The position numbers and the translations under genes are program-made. From an uncultured Armatimonadetes bacterium (GTDB lineage: Bacteria; Armatimonadota; Hebobacteria; Hebobacterales; Hebobacteraceae), in NCBI GenBank assembly GCA_963716175.1, contig OY970296.1:384001-448000 (forward strand): 64,000 nucleotides of DNA, read 5' to 3'. Below the pieces are notes generated by a model. It did no database searches, was not told where the DNA came from, and saw only the letters and a program-made list of their open reading frames with translations. Positions 28,043 to 38,486 of this stretch are shown here, one piece after another. Each line of letters opens with the position of its first letter. The stretch's first letter is position 1.

Positions 28043-28633
28043 TCAGGGGATGCAGCTCTCGACGGGCTCCGCCGCTTCCGTAACCCCCTCGGCGGGCTGC
28101 TGGTCTGCCTCCTCTGGGCCGCTAGCCTGAACCTCTCCGTGCCGCAGGGAACGCTGATAGGCCAGCGCCGTCTGCAACTCTGCCATGCTGACCAGTCCCA
28201 TGTCCAGCAGGATCCCACCGAGAAGCTGCTTACCCTCCCCTTGCGCGCGCTGTCGCTCCAGGGCCTTCTCCAGTTGGTCCTCTGTGATCAGCCCGTACTT
28301 GTACACGAGCAGCGCTCCCACCATAGGAATGGGCTGCTCCTGGACAGGAGAGACTTCGCCCCCTCCGGCCGCGCTTGCAGACTGCCCGCGCGCATACAGC
28401 GCGTATACTCCGGGCAGGCTCAAGGCAGCGCCGACAACGATGGCCAGCATTCCCACCAGCCATGACGGTCCACCGGAGTGGGCGCGAGCATGGGCGTAAA
28501 GCACCCCACCCTCAGCAACCAGGGCCAGGCCGACGACCAGTCGCAGCCACGTGACGATCAGCCAGGCCAAGCCCTTGCCGCACCCCCGAGGGGTGCCCCG
28601 AACTGCCTCTTGTCTGGAATCAGCTTCTGTCAT
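28043..28633 (-). CDS. Two-TM membrane protein with a C-terminal MshEN (T2SSE_N)-like domain
   Basis: Two TM helices, then VGALLVYKYGLITEDQLEKALERQ and LLGGILLDMGLVSMAELQTALAYQ. Confidence 0.75.
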   Translation of the reverse strand: MTEADSRQEAVRGTPRGCGKGLAWLIVTWLRLVVGLALVAEGGVLYAHARAHSGGPSWLVGMLAIVVGAALSLPGVYALYARGQSASAAGGGEVSPVQEQPIPMVGALLVYKYGLITEDQLEKALERQRAQGEGKQLLGGILLDMGLVSMAELQTALAYQRSLRHGEVQASGPEEADQQPAEGVTEAAEPVESCIP

Positions 28634-28909
28634 GGTCGCTCTCCCGTTAGCACACCGCTGGCCCTGCCGTGGGCCAGAGCAGCGGCAACACCGGCCGGCG
28701 CACCGGCGCCAGCCGCGGCGGCAACCACCAAGACATGGTATTCCATACTCTGCGCCCCGTGTCGTGTACCAGGGGACATTTGCGGGAGGCCGGCGGCGAC
28801 AACCCTCGGCTCTGCTGTAGAGCGTCTCTAGGGGGTCCTGCAGGCTCCCGGGACCGCCCGCCGGGCGTGGCGGCGGGCAGAGGGAGGGTCCTGTCTTTGT
28901 CTCTTCCTC

Positions 28910-30414
28910 TTACCGGCTCCTTCCCCGAAGCAGGCGCCTCAGCCATAGGTACAGCCGGAGGGGCCAGCGCGAGTAGACGCGTCCCAGCTGCCGCGATAGC
29001 TGCTCGTTCCGCTGTGATAGCTCGAGCGTTCGCTGCGAGAGCTCCTCTACCCGGGTCCTCAGTTTCATGACATTGATGCCCAGCGCCCGCATGGCTTCGA
29101 TCTCGGCTTCCGTCGCGTACCGCCGGTCCCACCACATGGGCTGCACCGCCGGCGCGTCGGGCGGCAATCGGCGCCTGGCCGCCGGTATCATCAAGGCCTG
29201 GCGCAGGTGGGCCGAGTTCAGATAGTCTATCGGGGGAGCCGGGATATGCTGGCAGAAATGCAGCAGGCCGAGCTCGATGTTCAACATGTGGCACAGCAGG
29301 CGGCCCGGCTTGGGACGTTCCGCCGTGAACATGCTCCGCACCTGGTCGGCCTCGTGCGAAAACCCGGGCCACCGGCGCCGCACATCCGTAGGAAGCTCAC
29401 CCTCCAGAGAGCTAAGGCAGAGCCGCGGCACGCCCTGCCGCACCTCGAACTCGCGACCGCAGTGACGGCATCTCAGGCCAGGCCCGACCTCCTCCAGGCC
29501 GGCCACGCAGACCGGGCAGGCCAACCTCTCCCGCAGCACTGGGGCCAGTTCGTCCGGGCCCTGCGTCACTGGCTGGCCTGGCATGACCTTCTGGGACAAG
29601 ATCGCGTCCAGCAAGCGCGGGTCACCTGGTTCCGCGGCGTCCACCAGTGGAGCAGCGCCCTCCGCTTGATCACGAGGATACCGTGGTCAGCGGCCGTCGG
29701 CTCACCCACACGCGTCATCTCCAGCACGAGCCCCCGGATCTCGTCGGAGAGGGCCTCCTGACCCGTCAGGATGAGCTCGGCACAGCGCTCTGTAATCACT
29801 GCCTGACGCTCCCACGCCACTGAGTCGCCCAGCACCAACGCGGAATCCTCGGGCAGGAACCAGTTGACCTCAGCATGCGGCTGCTCCCTGTCCACGAGCA
29901 GCAAGTGGATCTCGCGCTGGCGGGGGAGGCTGCACACTTGCTCCGTACTGAAAACTGCGTAGCGCCTGGCGACGCGGGCGGCCTCGCACATGACCGCGAC
30001 CGGGTCCGATACGTGCTCCAGCACTTCGCAGCAGAGGACCACGTCGAAGGCCTCGTCCTGGTATGGCAGCAGGCGAGCGTCGCACATCACGGCCGGAAGG
30101 CCAAAGAACTCGCGTGCGCGGAGATCGGCCTCGAACGAGACATCCGAGGTGACGGCAGTGGCCGCCAGCAGCCGCCGAGCCAGATTCGCGTGATAGCCCT
30201 CTGCCCCCCCGACATCCAGGAGGGTATCGAATCGCATCTGGCTCAGGCGACGGAAGATGCTGTAGGTTCGCGCCAAGCGAACTGCGTGATTGGGTTCCGA
30301 ATGAGCACATCCGATGCCGTATATCGGCTCATGGGCGAAGTACCGGCCATCGGCGAGGCCGGCGCGGTACCGATGGTCGAGCCACCGCACGTTTTCCTGC
30401 GTACGCCTGTCCAT
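28910..30414 (-). CDS. Class I SAM methyltransferase fused to a Trm112-like Zn ribbon and coiled coil, frameshift near 29662
   Basis: LLDVGGAEG, CDARLLPYQDEAFDVVLCCEVLEHV; second ORF LACPVC...LRCRHCGREFEVRQGVP and a heptad-rich tail; AGGAAG before ATG 30414. Confidence 0.75.
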
Positions 30415-30581
30415 GTTGCAGACTTCCTGCTTGCGCCTATCCTCGACCACGCTCTCCGGCAGTGCGCGCTCGCCATCCTTTGCTGGGGGAGATCCTGGGA
30501 TAGCGGCGAAAAGGCATGCGCTTGGCACTTTCGGTGCGCGGCAAGGCGCGCGGAACAGCGTGCCTGCCGGGGGAAGGAGCG

Positions 30582-31479
30582 ATGATGCCTGCCGTCAAGA
30601 AGCTCACCGTGCGGGGCTACCTGCTTCACCTCACACACTATGACCCGCGCTGGTATCAGAGAAAGCCGCGGGAGAAGCCTTTCGATCTGGAGGTAGCTCT
30701 GGAGGTGGTTGACCTGCTGGGAGCCGAGGGCTTCAATGTCCTGGTGGTTGACTGCGCCGACGCCGTCCGGTACCAGTCCCACCCGGAGCTGGCTCGGCGG
30801 TACACTGTGCCCATGAAGCGGCTGGAGACCCTGGCCTCAGCAGCGCGCGAGCGCGGGCTCGACGTGGTCCCGAAGTTGAACTTCTCCCGCAGCGCCGGCG
30901 TCCACCATCACAATGACTGGACGTTGGGGCCCGGCGAAGCCTGGCATGCGCACTTCGATGACCAGCCCTACTGGAAGAAGACCTTCGAGGTCATTGACGA
31001 GCTCATTGGCGTCTGTCGTCCGAAGCGCTTCTTCCACGTCGGTATGGACGAGGATCACGACCGGTCCTACAGCCAGTACATCGAGGCCATCAAGACACTC
31101 CGCGCCGGGCTGAAGAAGCGGAAGCTGCGGACGCTGATCTGGAATGACACTGGGATCGAGTACGCCAGTGGGATGATCCACGCCGAGAAATCGCTGACCG
31201 CCGAGATGGCCATCCCCCGCGATATCGTGCAGGTGCTGTGGCGCTATGATGCGGTGCCGACCGCGTCCCTCCGGCGCCTGGGCAAGCAGGGATGCGAGCT
31301 GTGGGGCGCCCCCGGCTGGAGGCGGCCAGCGCAGGCCACCGCGTTCCGGGATGCCATCCTGCGCGTCGGGGGCAAGGGCCTGCTCGATGACGACGTGGAC
31401 GCCCTGCCGTCGGCCCAACCGCCGACGGCTGCTGGAAGGCATTCGCCTGCTGGGCCCCATCTACCGAGGGGAGGTCTGA
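30582..31479 (+). CDS. GH20-like TIM-barrel glycoside hydrolase, frameshift near 31386
   Basis: AAGGAG RBS; YQSHPEL, LDVVPKLN, FHVGMDED, IWND; true C-terminus GLL-MTTW...IYRGEV* lies in the 31246..31479 frame. Confidence 0.65.
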
Positions 31480-31970
31480 CGGCCCGGAGCTGCCGCCCCC
31501 GCAGCCGGCCGGGGCAGCGCACCGGTCCCATGTCGGCAGGGGGGCCCGGCGGCTTCCTCAGTGGGTTCGGGGCCGCCAATCTTCCTCGGCCGGGCGGCAG
31601 GTTTCGGGCCGCTCTCAGCGAAGTGCCAGCGCAGGGCAGTCTAGCCGAGTCCCATGCCGTGGCGCCTGGCTTGTGTCGAGGGGAAAGTCCTGTCGTGAGG
31701 CTGCTCAGGACTACTGGCTACCGGGTCGTTGGCGGGCCTTGCCAAGCAAGAGGTGGGCGAGGCATTGGCAGTGGGCCCACCAGACGGTGTCGTGACTGCT
31801 CCCAGGCCGCCTCGGGAGCAGTGGGTAGCTTTCGGCCGGAACGTGGCTTGCTCCCCCCACTCCCTGCAACATCCGCCAGTTCCCCCGCGTTGGGAGCCAC
31901 GCGCACACTCTGTCCATCTATAGGCGCGGCTTCGGGAACTCGGCGTTAGGCCGGTAAGGAGTGCACAGCG

Positions 31971-32168
31971 ATGGACGAAGATGCAGTGGTGGCTGCGATC
32001 CTCACGGCTGGTGTCCTGATCCGGATGCCGGGAACGGGATCCATCTCGGGAGCGCCAGAACGCGATCGCGGGGCCCGGGCAGCCGAGGCCGTAGAATCCT
32101 ACTGCGAAGTGCTGGCAGCGCTCAAGCTGGCGAAGAAGGCAGGCGCGACCCAGGTTGAGCCGGGCTGA
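31971..32168 (+). CDS. Small hypothetical protein (65 aa)
   Basis: TAAGGAG RBS 9 nt before ATG; two-helix pattern; same strand as the downstream regulator. Confidence 0.5.
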   Translation: MDEDAVVAAILTAGVLIRMPGTGSISGAPERDRGARAAEAVESYCEVLAALKLAKKAGATQVEPG

Positions 32169-32224
32169 TCGCGATCATCCAGCGCAAGGCAAGTCAGAAC
32201 CCTGGAGGCAAGGAGGGAAGGGGG

Positions 32225-32653
32225 ATGAAAAAGGTCCTGGTGGTGGATGACGACCCGGCTGTGGCGCGCCTGATCGGGGCCGCGCTGGAGCAGACCGATG
32301 TGGCTCACACTCTCGATTACTGCAGCGACGGTGGGCAGGGCCGCATCAAGGCCGTCGCGGGCGGGTACGACCTGATCACGCTCGACCTGGCGATGCCGCT
32401 GATGGGGGGGATGGAGGCCCTGGAGGAGTTGAAGCGGAACCCGAAGTCGGCGCGCATCCCAGTGGTAGTGGTGACGGCGCTGCAGGGCCGCGATCTTCAC
32501 GAGCAGGCAAAAGCGCTCGGTGCGACTGCGGTAGTCACAAAGCCGTTCGAGCTTTGGGAGCTGGTGGACATCTTCCGCCTCGTGTTCGCAGGCGACAAAC
32601 TGCGTCCCCGCGACGCCACCGACTCGGATCTCGGCCCCCTGGCTGGGACTTGA
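32225..32653 (+). CDS. Single-domain response regulator (receiver)
   Basis: VLVVDDD, LITLDLAMP (phospho-Asp), VVTA, TKPF. Confidence 0.92.
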   Translation: MKKVLVVDDDPAVARLIGAALEQTDVAHTLDYCSDGGQGRIKAVAGGYDLITLDLAMPLMGGMEALEELKRNPKSARIPVVVVTALQGRDLHEQAKALGATAVVTKPFELWELVDIFRLVFAGDKLRPRDATDSDLGPLAGT

Positions 32654-32820
32654 TGTGCGCTGGAGGCCACCCTGTTCTCGGATCAGAGATGGCGGCGATG
32701 CTTGGGCGGTTGGGGTGACAGGGTGAAGAGGCGCGGGCCCAGCGGCTGAGAAAAGCCGGGCCAGTGGAGTGAATCGCGGCCATTGGGAGGCGATGGGGGG
32801 CCAAAGGAGGGGAGGGCGAG

Positions 32821-33924
32821 ATGGGCGTCACCAAGATCGGGGATTACACCGTCACCCGTGAGCTGGGGCAGGGAGGCATGGGCAGAGTGTTTCAGGCTCT
32901 CTCGCCCCAGGGGGCGACGGTCGCGGTTAAGACCATGCTGCTCGGCCAAGGGCTGAACCCCCGCACCCGGTGGGAAACGGTGGAGCGTTTCCAGCGGGAG
33001 GCGCGCGCCGCTCGCTCTCTGGTACACCCGGACATCGTGCAGGTGCTGGATATTGGGGCCAATCAAGACACTTTCTTTATCGTGATGGAGTTCCTGGACG
33101 GGCAGAGCATACGGGAACTGCTCAACACCGCCGGAGCCGTTGGCGTGGAGCGAGGCGTCCAGATCATGACCGCGGCCTGCGAGGCCCTCTCCTATGCTCA
33201 CGACCAGGGCATCATCCACCGCGACATCAAGCCCGAGAACATCATGGTGCTGCGGGACGGCGCGGTCAAGCTGACGGATTTCGGCCTGGCCTCGATCCTG
33301 ACCGAGAAGAGCGTTACCCAGACCGGGACCGTGATGGGCACCTTCGCCTACATGTCACCGGAGCAGGTACGGGGGGAGAAGGTCGATGCCAGGACCGACA
33401 TCTTCTCTCTCGGCTCCACCTTCTACGAGATGCTTACCGGTCGTCAGCCCTTCCCGGGCGAGACCGCGGCGGTGGTCCTGAACAGCATCCTCAAGCAGGA
33501 CCCGCCTCCGGTGCCAGGGCTCCCGGCTCACATCTCACGTGTCGTCAACAAGTGCCTCCGCAAACAGCCGGACTACCGGTTCCAGAAAGCACGCGAGATC
33601 ATCGCCGGCCTCCGCACCACGGAGGCGACAGTCGCGCCCACGGGGACGGCGGTCCTGCCCGGCAGGGCCGGGGCCAGCTCGCAGGCCGTGGATGTCTCGC
33701 CTCCTGTGCAGGTATCGCTGACCGCGCCTCCTCCGGTGTTTCGGTGCTCGAAGTGTGCAGAGCCCATGAGCCGCACCGCCCCCTCCTGCTGGAAGTGCGG
33801 GACGCCCAACTCCCTTATCGCCATGCGCACCCAGCAGCTGAAGCGACAGCAGCAGATCGAGCAAGCGCTCAAGGGCTTCGGAGGCACTTCGAACAAAGGC
33901 AGCCGGTGGAGAAAGCGGAAGTAG
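32821..33924 (+). CDS. Cytoplasmic Hanks-type Ser/Thr protein kinase with a C-terminal Zn ribbon
   Basis: [41 protein letters not shown]; CSKC...CWKC; no TM segment. Confidence 0.93.
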   Translation: MGVTKIGDYTVTRELGQGGMGRVFQALSPQGATVAVKTMLLGQGLNPRTRWETVERFQREARAARSLVHPDIVQVLDIGANQDTFFIVMEFLDGQSIRELLNTAGAVGVERGVQIMTAACEALSYAHDQGIIHRDIKPENIMVLRDGAVKLTDFGLASILTEKSVTQTGTVMGTFAYMSPEQVRGEKVDARTDIFSLGSTFYEMLTGRQPFPGETAAVVLNSILKQDPPPVPGLPAHISRVVNKCLRKQPDYRFQKAREIIAGLRTTEATVAPTGTAVLPGRAGASSQAVDVSPPVQVSLTAPPPVFRCSKCAEPMSRTAPSCWKCGTPNSLIAMRTQQLKRQQQIEQALKGFGGTSNKGSRWRKRK

Positions 33925-33945
33925 CGCGACCCCGCCGCGTTGAGA

Positions 33946-35529
33946 TCACGTCACCGGAAGAGAGAAGCAGAACCGCGAACCGCGGCCCGGTTCGCTTTCC
34001 ACCCAGATGCTGCCGCCGTGGGCCTCCACCGCCATTCGGCAGAACGCCAGGCCCAGGCCCACCGAGACCTGCTCGGCGGATTTGGCGCCCGCGACCTGGA
34101 CGAACTTGTCGAAGATGCGAGCTTGATGCTCGCGGGAGATTCCCGGTCCTTCGTCCTGCACGCTGATCACGATGCGCTTGTTCTCCTGCTCGAACGTCGC
34201 GCTCACCGCAAGCGCGCTGTTGCGAGGAGAGAACTTGGCAGCATTCCCTACCAGATTGACGATGATCCGCCTGAACAACTCACAGTCGCCCAGCACCGGG
34301 GGAAGATCCCTGGGAGCCGCGGTCTCCAGGCGCATGTCTTTCTCGCGGAGCTGGTAGCTCACCAGCGCCAGGGAGCGCTCAATCTCCTCCGCCACCTGCA
34401 ACGGCTCTCGCTCCAGGGCGAGCTGCCCGGCCTCCATCTTCGCCACATCGAGGATGGCAGCGATGAGCACGGAAAGCCACTTGCTGCTGGAGAACGCGAT
34501 CTCCACGAACTCCCGCTGGCGATCTTCCAGGGGCTCGCGAGACAGCAGGTCGAGAAAGCCCATGATACTGGTCAACGGCCCGTTGAGGTCGTGGGTGATC
34601 ATAGCCGAGAGATCCTGCAGCAAGCGGTTCCTGTGCTCGGCCTCGCGCAGCTCCGACCCGACAATGGCCAGCGCCGCGCGGCCCGCGATGAGGCCGAGCC
34701 GCTCCAAGTCGCCCTCGGTGAAGCGTGCCTTCGGCCCTCTGATGTCCACCTGGATGAGCCCCACGGTCTCGTCGCCGGTCCACAGGGGCGCGCATATGCT
34801 GGAGCTGATACCGGCGGCGACCACGCTCTGGGAATCCGCAAACTCCGCGGGAACATCCTTGAACAGGAGCGACTTGCCCTCGCTCACCACCCGCCCCGCC
34901 ACCGACGTGCTGACCGGGATCTCTTCCGCCGCCCTCCCCTCCTCGCCGCGCACCCTGGCCACTTGGCGCCTGGGCCGTTTCGTCTTCTTGTCCACCAGCA
35001 GGATGATGGCATGGGTGGCCTGAGGGAAGCCGCTGAGGATCATATCCAGGATCACGTCCAGGGTCTGCTCGGGATCGAAAGCCAGCCCGATCTGTCGCTC
35101 GAACTGGTAGGCGTCGGCCAGCCCACCGAGGCTAGCGAGCTGCCGCTCTCTGGCGCCGAGCAGGTCGGCGAGACTGCGAGTAGCGACCACGGTGGGCTCG
35201 GCAACGGCCTGCACCACCTCGGCCGCCTCAAACCGAAGCACGGTCTGGCCCACCAGCAGCAGGTCTCCTGACGCGACCTCTACTTCCGGGCTCTGCCGAT
35301 CCAGCGCGGTCCGGACACCTGCTCGTTCCATGACCGAGCCATTGCTGCTGCCCAGATCTCGGTAGAACCACCGACCATTGGTGGAGGAAAGCCGCCCGTG
35401 GTGGCGCGAGACGAACGGATCGGTCAGCCGAACCTCGTTGTCGGAAGCGGTGCCGATGCTGACAGGCGCTTCCCTGGAGACGAAGATCTCGGACTTATCC
35501 TTGCCCTCCAGCACAGTTAAGCGCAGCAT
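33946..35529 (-). CDS. FHA-GAF sensor histidine kinase
   Basis: FHA (VSRHHG, DLGSSNG), GAF (ISSSICAPL, FTEGDL), H-box THDLNGPLT, NLVGNAAKF, DEGPGI, GLGLAFC. Confidence 0.9.
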   Translation of the reverse strand: MLRLTVLEGKDKSEIFVSREAPVSIGTASDNEVRLTDPFVSRHHGRLSSTNGRWFYRDLGSSNGSVMERAGVRTALDRQSPEVEVASGDLLLVGQTVLRFEAAEVVQAVAEPTVVATRSLADLLGARERQLASLGGLADAYQFERQIGLAFDPEQTLDVILDMILSGFPQATHAIILLVDKKTKRPRRQVARVRGEEGRAAEEIPVSTSVAGRVVSEGKSLLFKDVPAEFADSQSVVAAGISSSICAPLWTGDETVGLIQVDIRGPKARFTEGDLERLGLIAGRAALAIVGSELREAEHRNRLLQDLSAMITHDLNGPLTSIMGFLDLLSREPLEDRQREFVEIAFSSSKWLSVLIAAILDVAKMEAGQLALEREPLQVAEEIERSLALVSYQLREKDMRLETAAPRDLPPVLGDCELFRRIIVNLVGNAAKFSPRNSALAVSATFEQENKRIVISVQDEGPGISREHQARIFDKFVQVAGAKSAEQVSVGLGLAFCRMAVEAHGGSIWVESEPGRGSRFCFSLPVT

Positions 35530-35762
35530 GCTGGCGCCTCGGCCTCCGATCGTCCGCCCAGGAGCTAGGCGTGGTGCACCGCTCGGCACGGCCTACACAG
35601 GTCCCACCTGCAGTTTCTGCGGCCGACCAGGCTCCCCTGCTCGCCGTCGCCCCCAGGCCTGTCCGCCTCTGGCGGGCCCATCCTCCCCTCTGGCCGGCTT
35701 GTCCGCCTCCGGCGGGCAGGATTTGCTGCCCTCAAGCCGAATCCAACATGGAAGAGGGCAAC

Positions 35763-37400
35763 ATGAGGTCACGCGCGCGCAGGACCGTGATCCTTATCGC
35801 CATCCTCCTGGGGGTGGGGGCGGTCGTAGCCGGTGTGCTGAGCGACGGCCGCGCCCTGGTGGGGCAGCGTGAGGGAGCGCCGCCAGCAGCATCCTCGCAG
35901 GCCACAGCAACCACGCGCCGGTCGCCGGCAGTGGCGGGGATGTTTTACCCCGCCAGTGCGGCGGACCTGCAAGCGGAAGTGACGCGTCGCCTCGACCAGG
36001 CGACCGCAACGCCCCCTGCTGGCGAACTGATGGCGCTGATTGTGCCCCATGCCGGCTACAGCTACAGCGCCGGCGTCGCCGCCTACGCCTACCGCCAGCT
36101 CCGCTCCCACCACTTCGATAAGGTGGTCGTGATCGGTCCCAGCCACCATGTGGGCTTCGGTGGGGCCGCGCTCTCCGGGGAGGAGGAATGGGATACTCCG
36201 CTGGGGCCGGTGGCGATTGACCGTGCCGCCGGCGAGGAGCTGACCAAGCTCGATCCTGATGCCCGAGTGTTGGAGCAGGCCCACGCGCCGGAGCATTCCA
36301 TCGAGGTCCAGCTTCCCTTCCTGCAAGCTACGCTCGGCAACTTCAAGCTTGTGCCCATCCTGATGGCCGACTTCTCGGAAGGGAACTGTCGGGCGCTCTC
36401 CCGCGCGCTGGCCGAGTGGGCACGGGGCCGCTCGGTGCTGCTCATCGCCAGCTCGGACATGTCGCACTACCCCAGCTACGATGATGCCGTGCGCGTTGAT
36501 AAGGAGACGCTGAAGGCCATCCAGACCCTGGACGCCGGTAGCGTGGCAGCGACCACGCGGAAGCTGATGGCCGCGGGCACAGCCGGTCTGGCCACCTGTC
36601 TCTGCGGTGAGGGGCCGGTGGAGACAGTGCTGATGGCCGCCCGCCTGCTGGGCGCAGACAAAGCGAAGGTGCTCCGCTATGGGAACTCCGGCGACATCCC
36701 GGGCACTCCGCGGGATCGGGTGGTCGGCTACGGTGCGGTGGCGATCTACCGGAGCGCTGGCGCGGGCACGCCCGCCACAGGGCCGGCGGACAAGCCGAAG
36801 GCGCGAGGGGGGACCGCCGAGTTGAGTCAGGGTCAGCAGCAGCGACTGCTGTCCCTGGCGCGCGCGACGATTCAGCGATATGTCGCCACGGGCAAGTCAC
36901 CGGAGGCTGCCGAGGCCGATCTCGCTTTCCAGCGGCCCGCGGCCGCCTTCGTGACGCTGAAGAAGGCAGGCGCTCTGCGAGGCTGCATCGGGAGCCTCGA
37001 GCCGACTCTGCCCCTCTGGTCCGAGGTGCGGGACAAAGCGATTTCCGCCGCCACTCGGGATCCGCGCTTCCGCCCCGTCACTCCCGAGGAGCTGGCCGAC
37101 CTGGAGATCGAGATCTCGGTCTTGTCGCCATTGCGGAGAGTGAAGAGCGCCGATGAGATCGAGCTGCGGAAGCACGGCGTGGTGGTGGCGGCGGATGGCC
37201 GCCGGGGGGTATTCCTCCCCCAGGTCGCGGAGGAGACAGGCTGGAGCCGAGACGAGTTCCTGAGCCATCTCTGCTCCGAGAAGGCTGGACTGCCCCCTGA
37301 TGCCTGGAGACGCGGCGCCGACCTCTACGTGTTCACAGTGCAGTCCTTCTCCTCTCCCGCACCCAGAGAGCAGTCACGTGGCAAGCCATCGGGGAAGTGA
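35763..37400 (+). CDS. amrB: AmmeMemoRadiSam protein B (MEMO1-like) fused to protein A (AMMECR1-like), with an N-terminal signal/anchor
   Basis: PAVAGMFYP, PHAGY, GPSHH, EHSIEVQLPFL, ASSDMSHY, VVGY; then AFVTL...LRGCIG, RDPRF, GVFLPQV. Confidence 0.9.
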   Translation: MRSRARRTVILIAILLGVGAVVAGVLSDGRALVGQREGAPPAASSQATATTRRSPAVAGMFYPASAADLQAEVTRRLDQATATPPAGELMALIVPHAGYSYSAGVAAYAYRQLRSHHFDKVVVIGPSHHVGFGGAALSGEEEWDTPLGPVAIDRAAGEELTKLDPDARVLEQAHAPEHSIEVQLPFLQATLGNFKLVPILMADFSEGNCRALSRALAEWARGRSVLLIASSDMSHYPSYDDAVRVDKETLKAIQTLDAGSVAATTRKLMAAGTAGLATCLCGEGPVETVLMAARLLGADKAKVLRYGNSGDIPGTPRDRVVGYGAVAIYRSAGAGTPATGPADKPKARGGTAELSQGQQQRLLSLARATIQRYVATGKSPEAAEADLAFQRPAAAFVTLKKAGALRGCIGSLEPTLPLWSEVRDKAISAATRDPRFRPVTPEELADLEIEISVLSPLRRVKSADEIELRKHGVVVAADGRRGVFLPQVAEETGWSRDEFLSHLCSEKAGLPPDAWRRGADLYVFTVQSFSSPAPREQSRGKPSGK

Positions 37401-38478
37401 TCCCCAACCTCCGCAGCAGCCGCTCCGGTCGGATGGCAGCCTGAGCCGACGCGATCTGCTGAGAACCGCCGCCGCAGGCGCGGTGACGGCATGGGGCCTG
37501 CTGAGGAGCCGCGGCCTGCCTGGCGCGGGGGCCGGCGACGCCGCGGAAGCAAGCCAGACCTGGGAACTGAGAGCCCCTCTGCGCCGGGAGGGCGTGGTCG
37601 TGATCGTGCGCAGCCCGCGAGCTATCGGTAGTCGGCGCAAGGCGAACTCGGCCGTGGTCGGGAGCATGGTAGACGCGGGCCTGACGCGGCTGGCGGGCGT
37701 TTCCGACCCGGTGCAGGCGTGGCGCCGTTTCTTCGCCCCCAACGATGTGGTCGGCATAAAGGTCAACTGCCTGGGAGCGCCGGCCACTCACACTCACACG
37801 GAAGTGACCATGGCGGTGGCCCGAAGTCTGCAGCGAGCCGGACTGCCCGAGCGTAATCTGGTGATCTACGATCGCTCCACTGACGAACTCCGCCGCTCCG
37901 GCTATCCGGTCAACACCGGAGCGGGGCTGCAGTGCTATGGCAGCGACCAACGCGGTTACGACCGCGAACCCACGACGGCCGGCGAGGTGGGATCCTGCTT
38001 CAGCCGGATCGTCTCCGAGGACTGCACCGCCTTGATCAACCTCCCGCTGCTGAAGGACCACGACGTGGCCGGCGTCAGCATCAGCCTCAAGAACCACTTC
38101 GGAAGCATCAACAACCCAAACAAGCTGCATCTCGACCACTGCTGTCCCTATGCCGCCGACGTCAACCTGGCCCCGGTGCTCAGGAAGAAGCAGCGTCTGG
38201 TCGTCTGCGACGCGCTGGAGGCGATCTACGACGGTGGCCCTACCTACCGCCCGGCAACCACGCACAGCTACGGAGGGCTGCTGATCGCCACCGACCCGGT
38301 GGCTCTGGACCGCGTTGGCTGGCAGATCATCGAGAGCCTGCGGGCAAAAGCGGGGCTGAAGACGCTGCGAGCGGCGGGCCGGGAGCCCCGTTACATCGCG
38401 GTGGCCGGCGATTCCCAACATCGGCTCGGCGTATCCGACCTGGGGCGAATCCGGAAGATCGAAGTGACGGTAAGCTGA
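37378..38478 (+). CDS. DUF362-domain protein with a Tat signal
   Basis: LSRRDLL followed by a hydrophobic stretch; VGIKVN, INLPLLKDH..AGVSISLKNHFG, TDPVALD; start approximate. Confidence 0.8.
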   Translation: MASHRGSDPQPPQQPLRSDGSLSRRDLLRTAAAGAVTAWGLLRSRGLPGAGAGDAAEASQTWELRAPLRREGVVVIVRSPRAIGSRRKANSAVVGSMVDAGLTRLAGVSDPVQAWRRFFAPNDVVGIKVNCLGAPATHTHTEVTMAVARSLQRAGLPERNLVIYDRSTDELRRSGYPVNTGAGLQCYGSDQRGYDREPTTAGEVGSCFSRIVSEDCTALINLPLLKDHDVAGVSISLKNHFGSINNPNKLHLDHCCPYAADVNLAPVLRKKQRLVVCDALEAIYDGGPTYRPATTHSYGGLLIATDPVALDRVGWQIIESLRAKAGLKTLRAAGREPRYIAVAGDSQHRLGVSDLGRIRKIEVTVS

Positions 38479-38486
38479 GGAAAGCG

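Noticed and set aside
31677-31692. GGGGAAAGTCC resembling the RNase P RNA 5' motif
   Set aside because: No GAGGAAAGTCCGGGC match and no downstream AGAACCCGGCTTA P4 partner
31480-31949. C-terminal extension of ORF 30516..31949
   Set aside because: Low-complexity read-through caused by the frameshift near 31386; the real stop is at 31479
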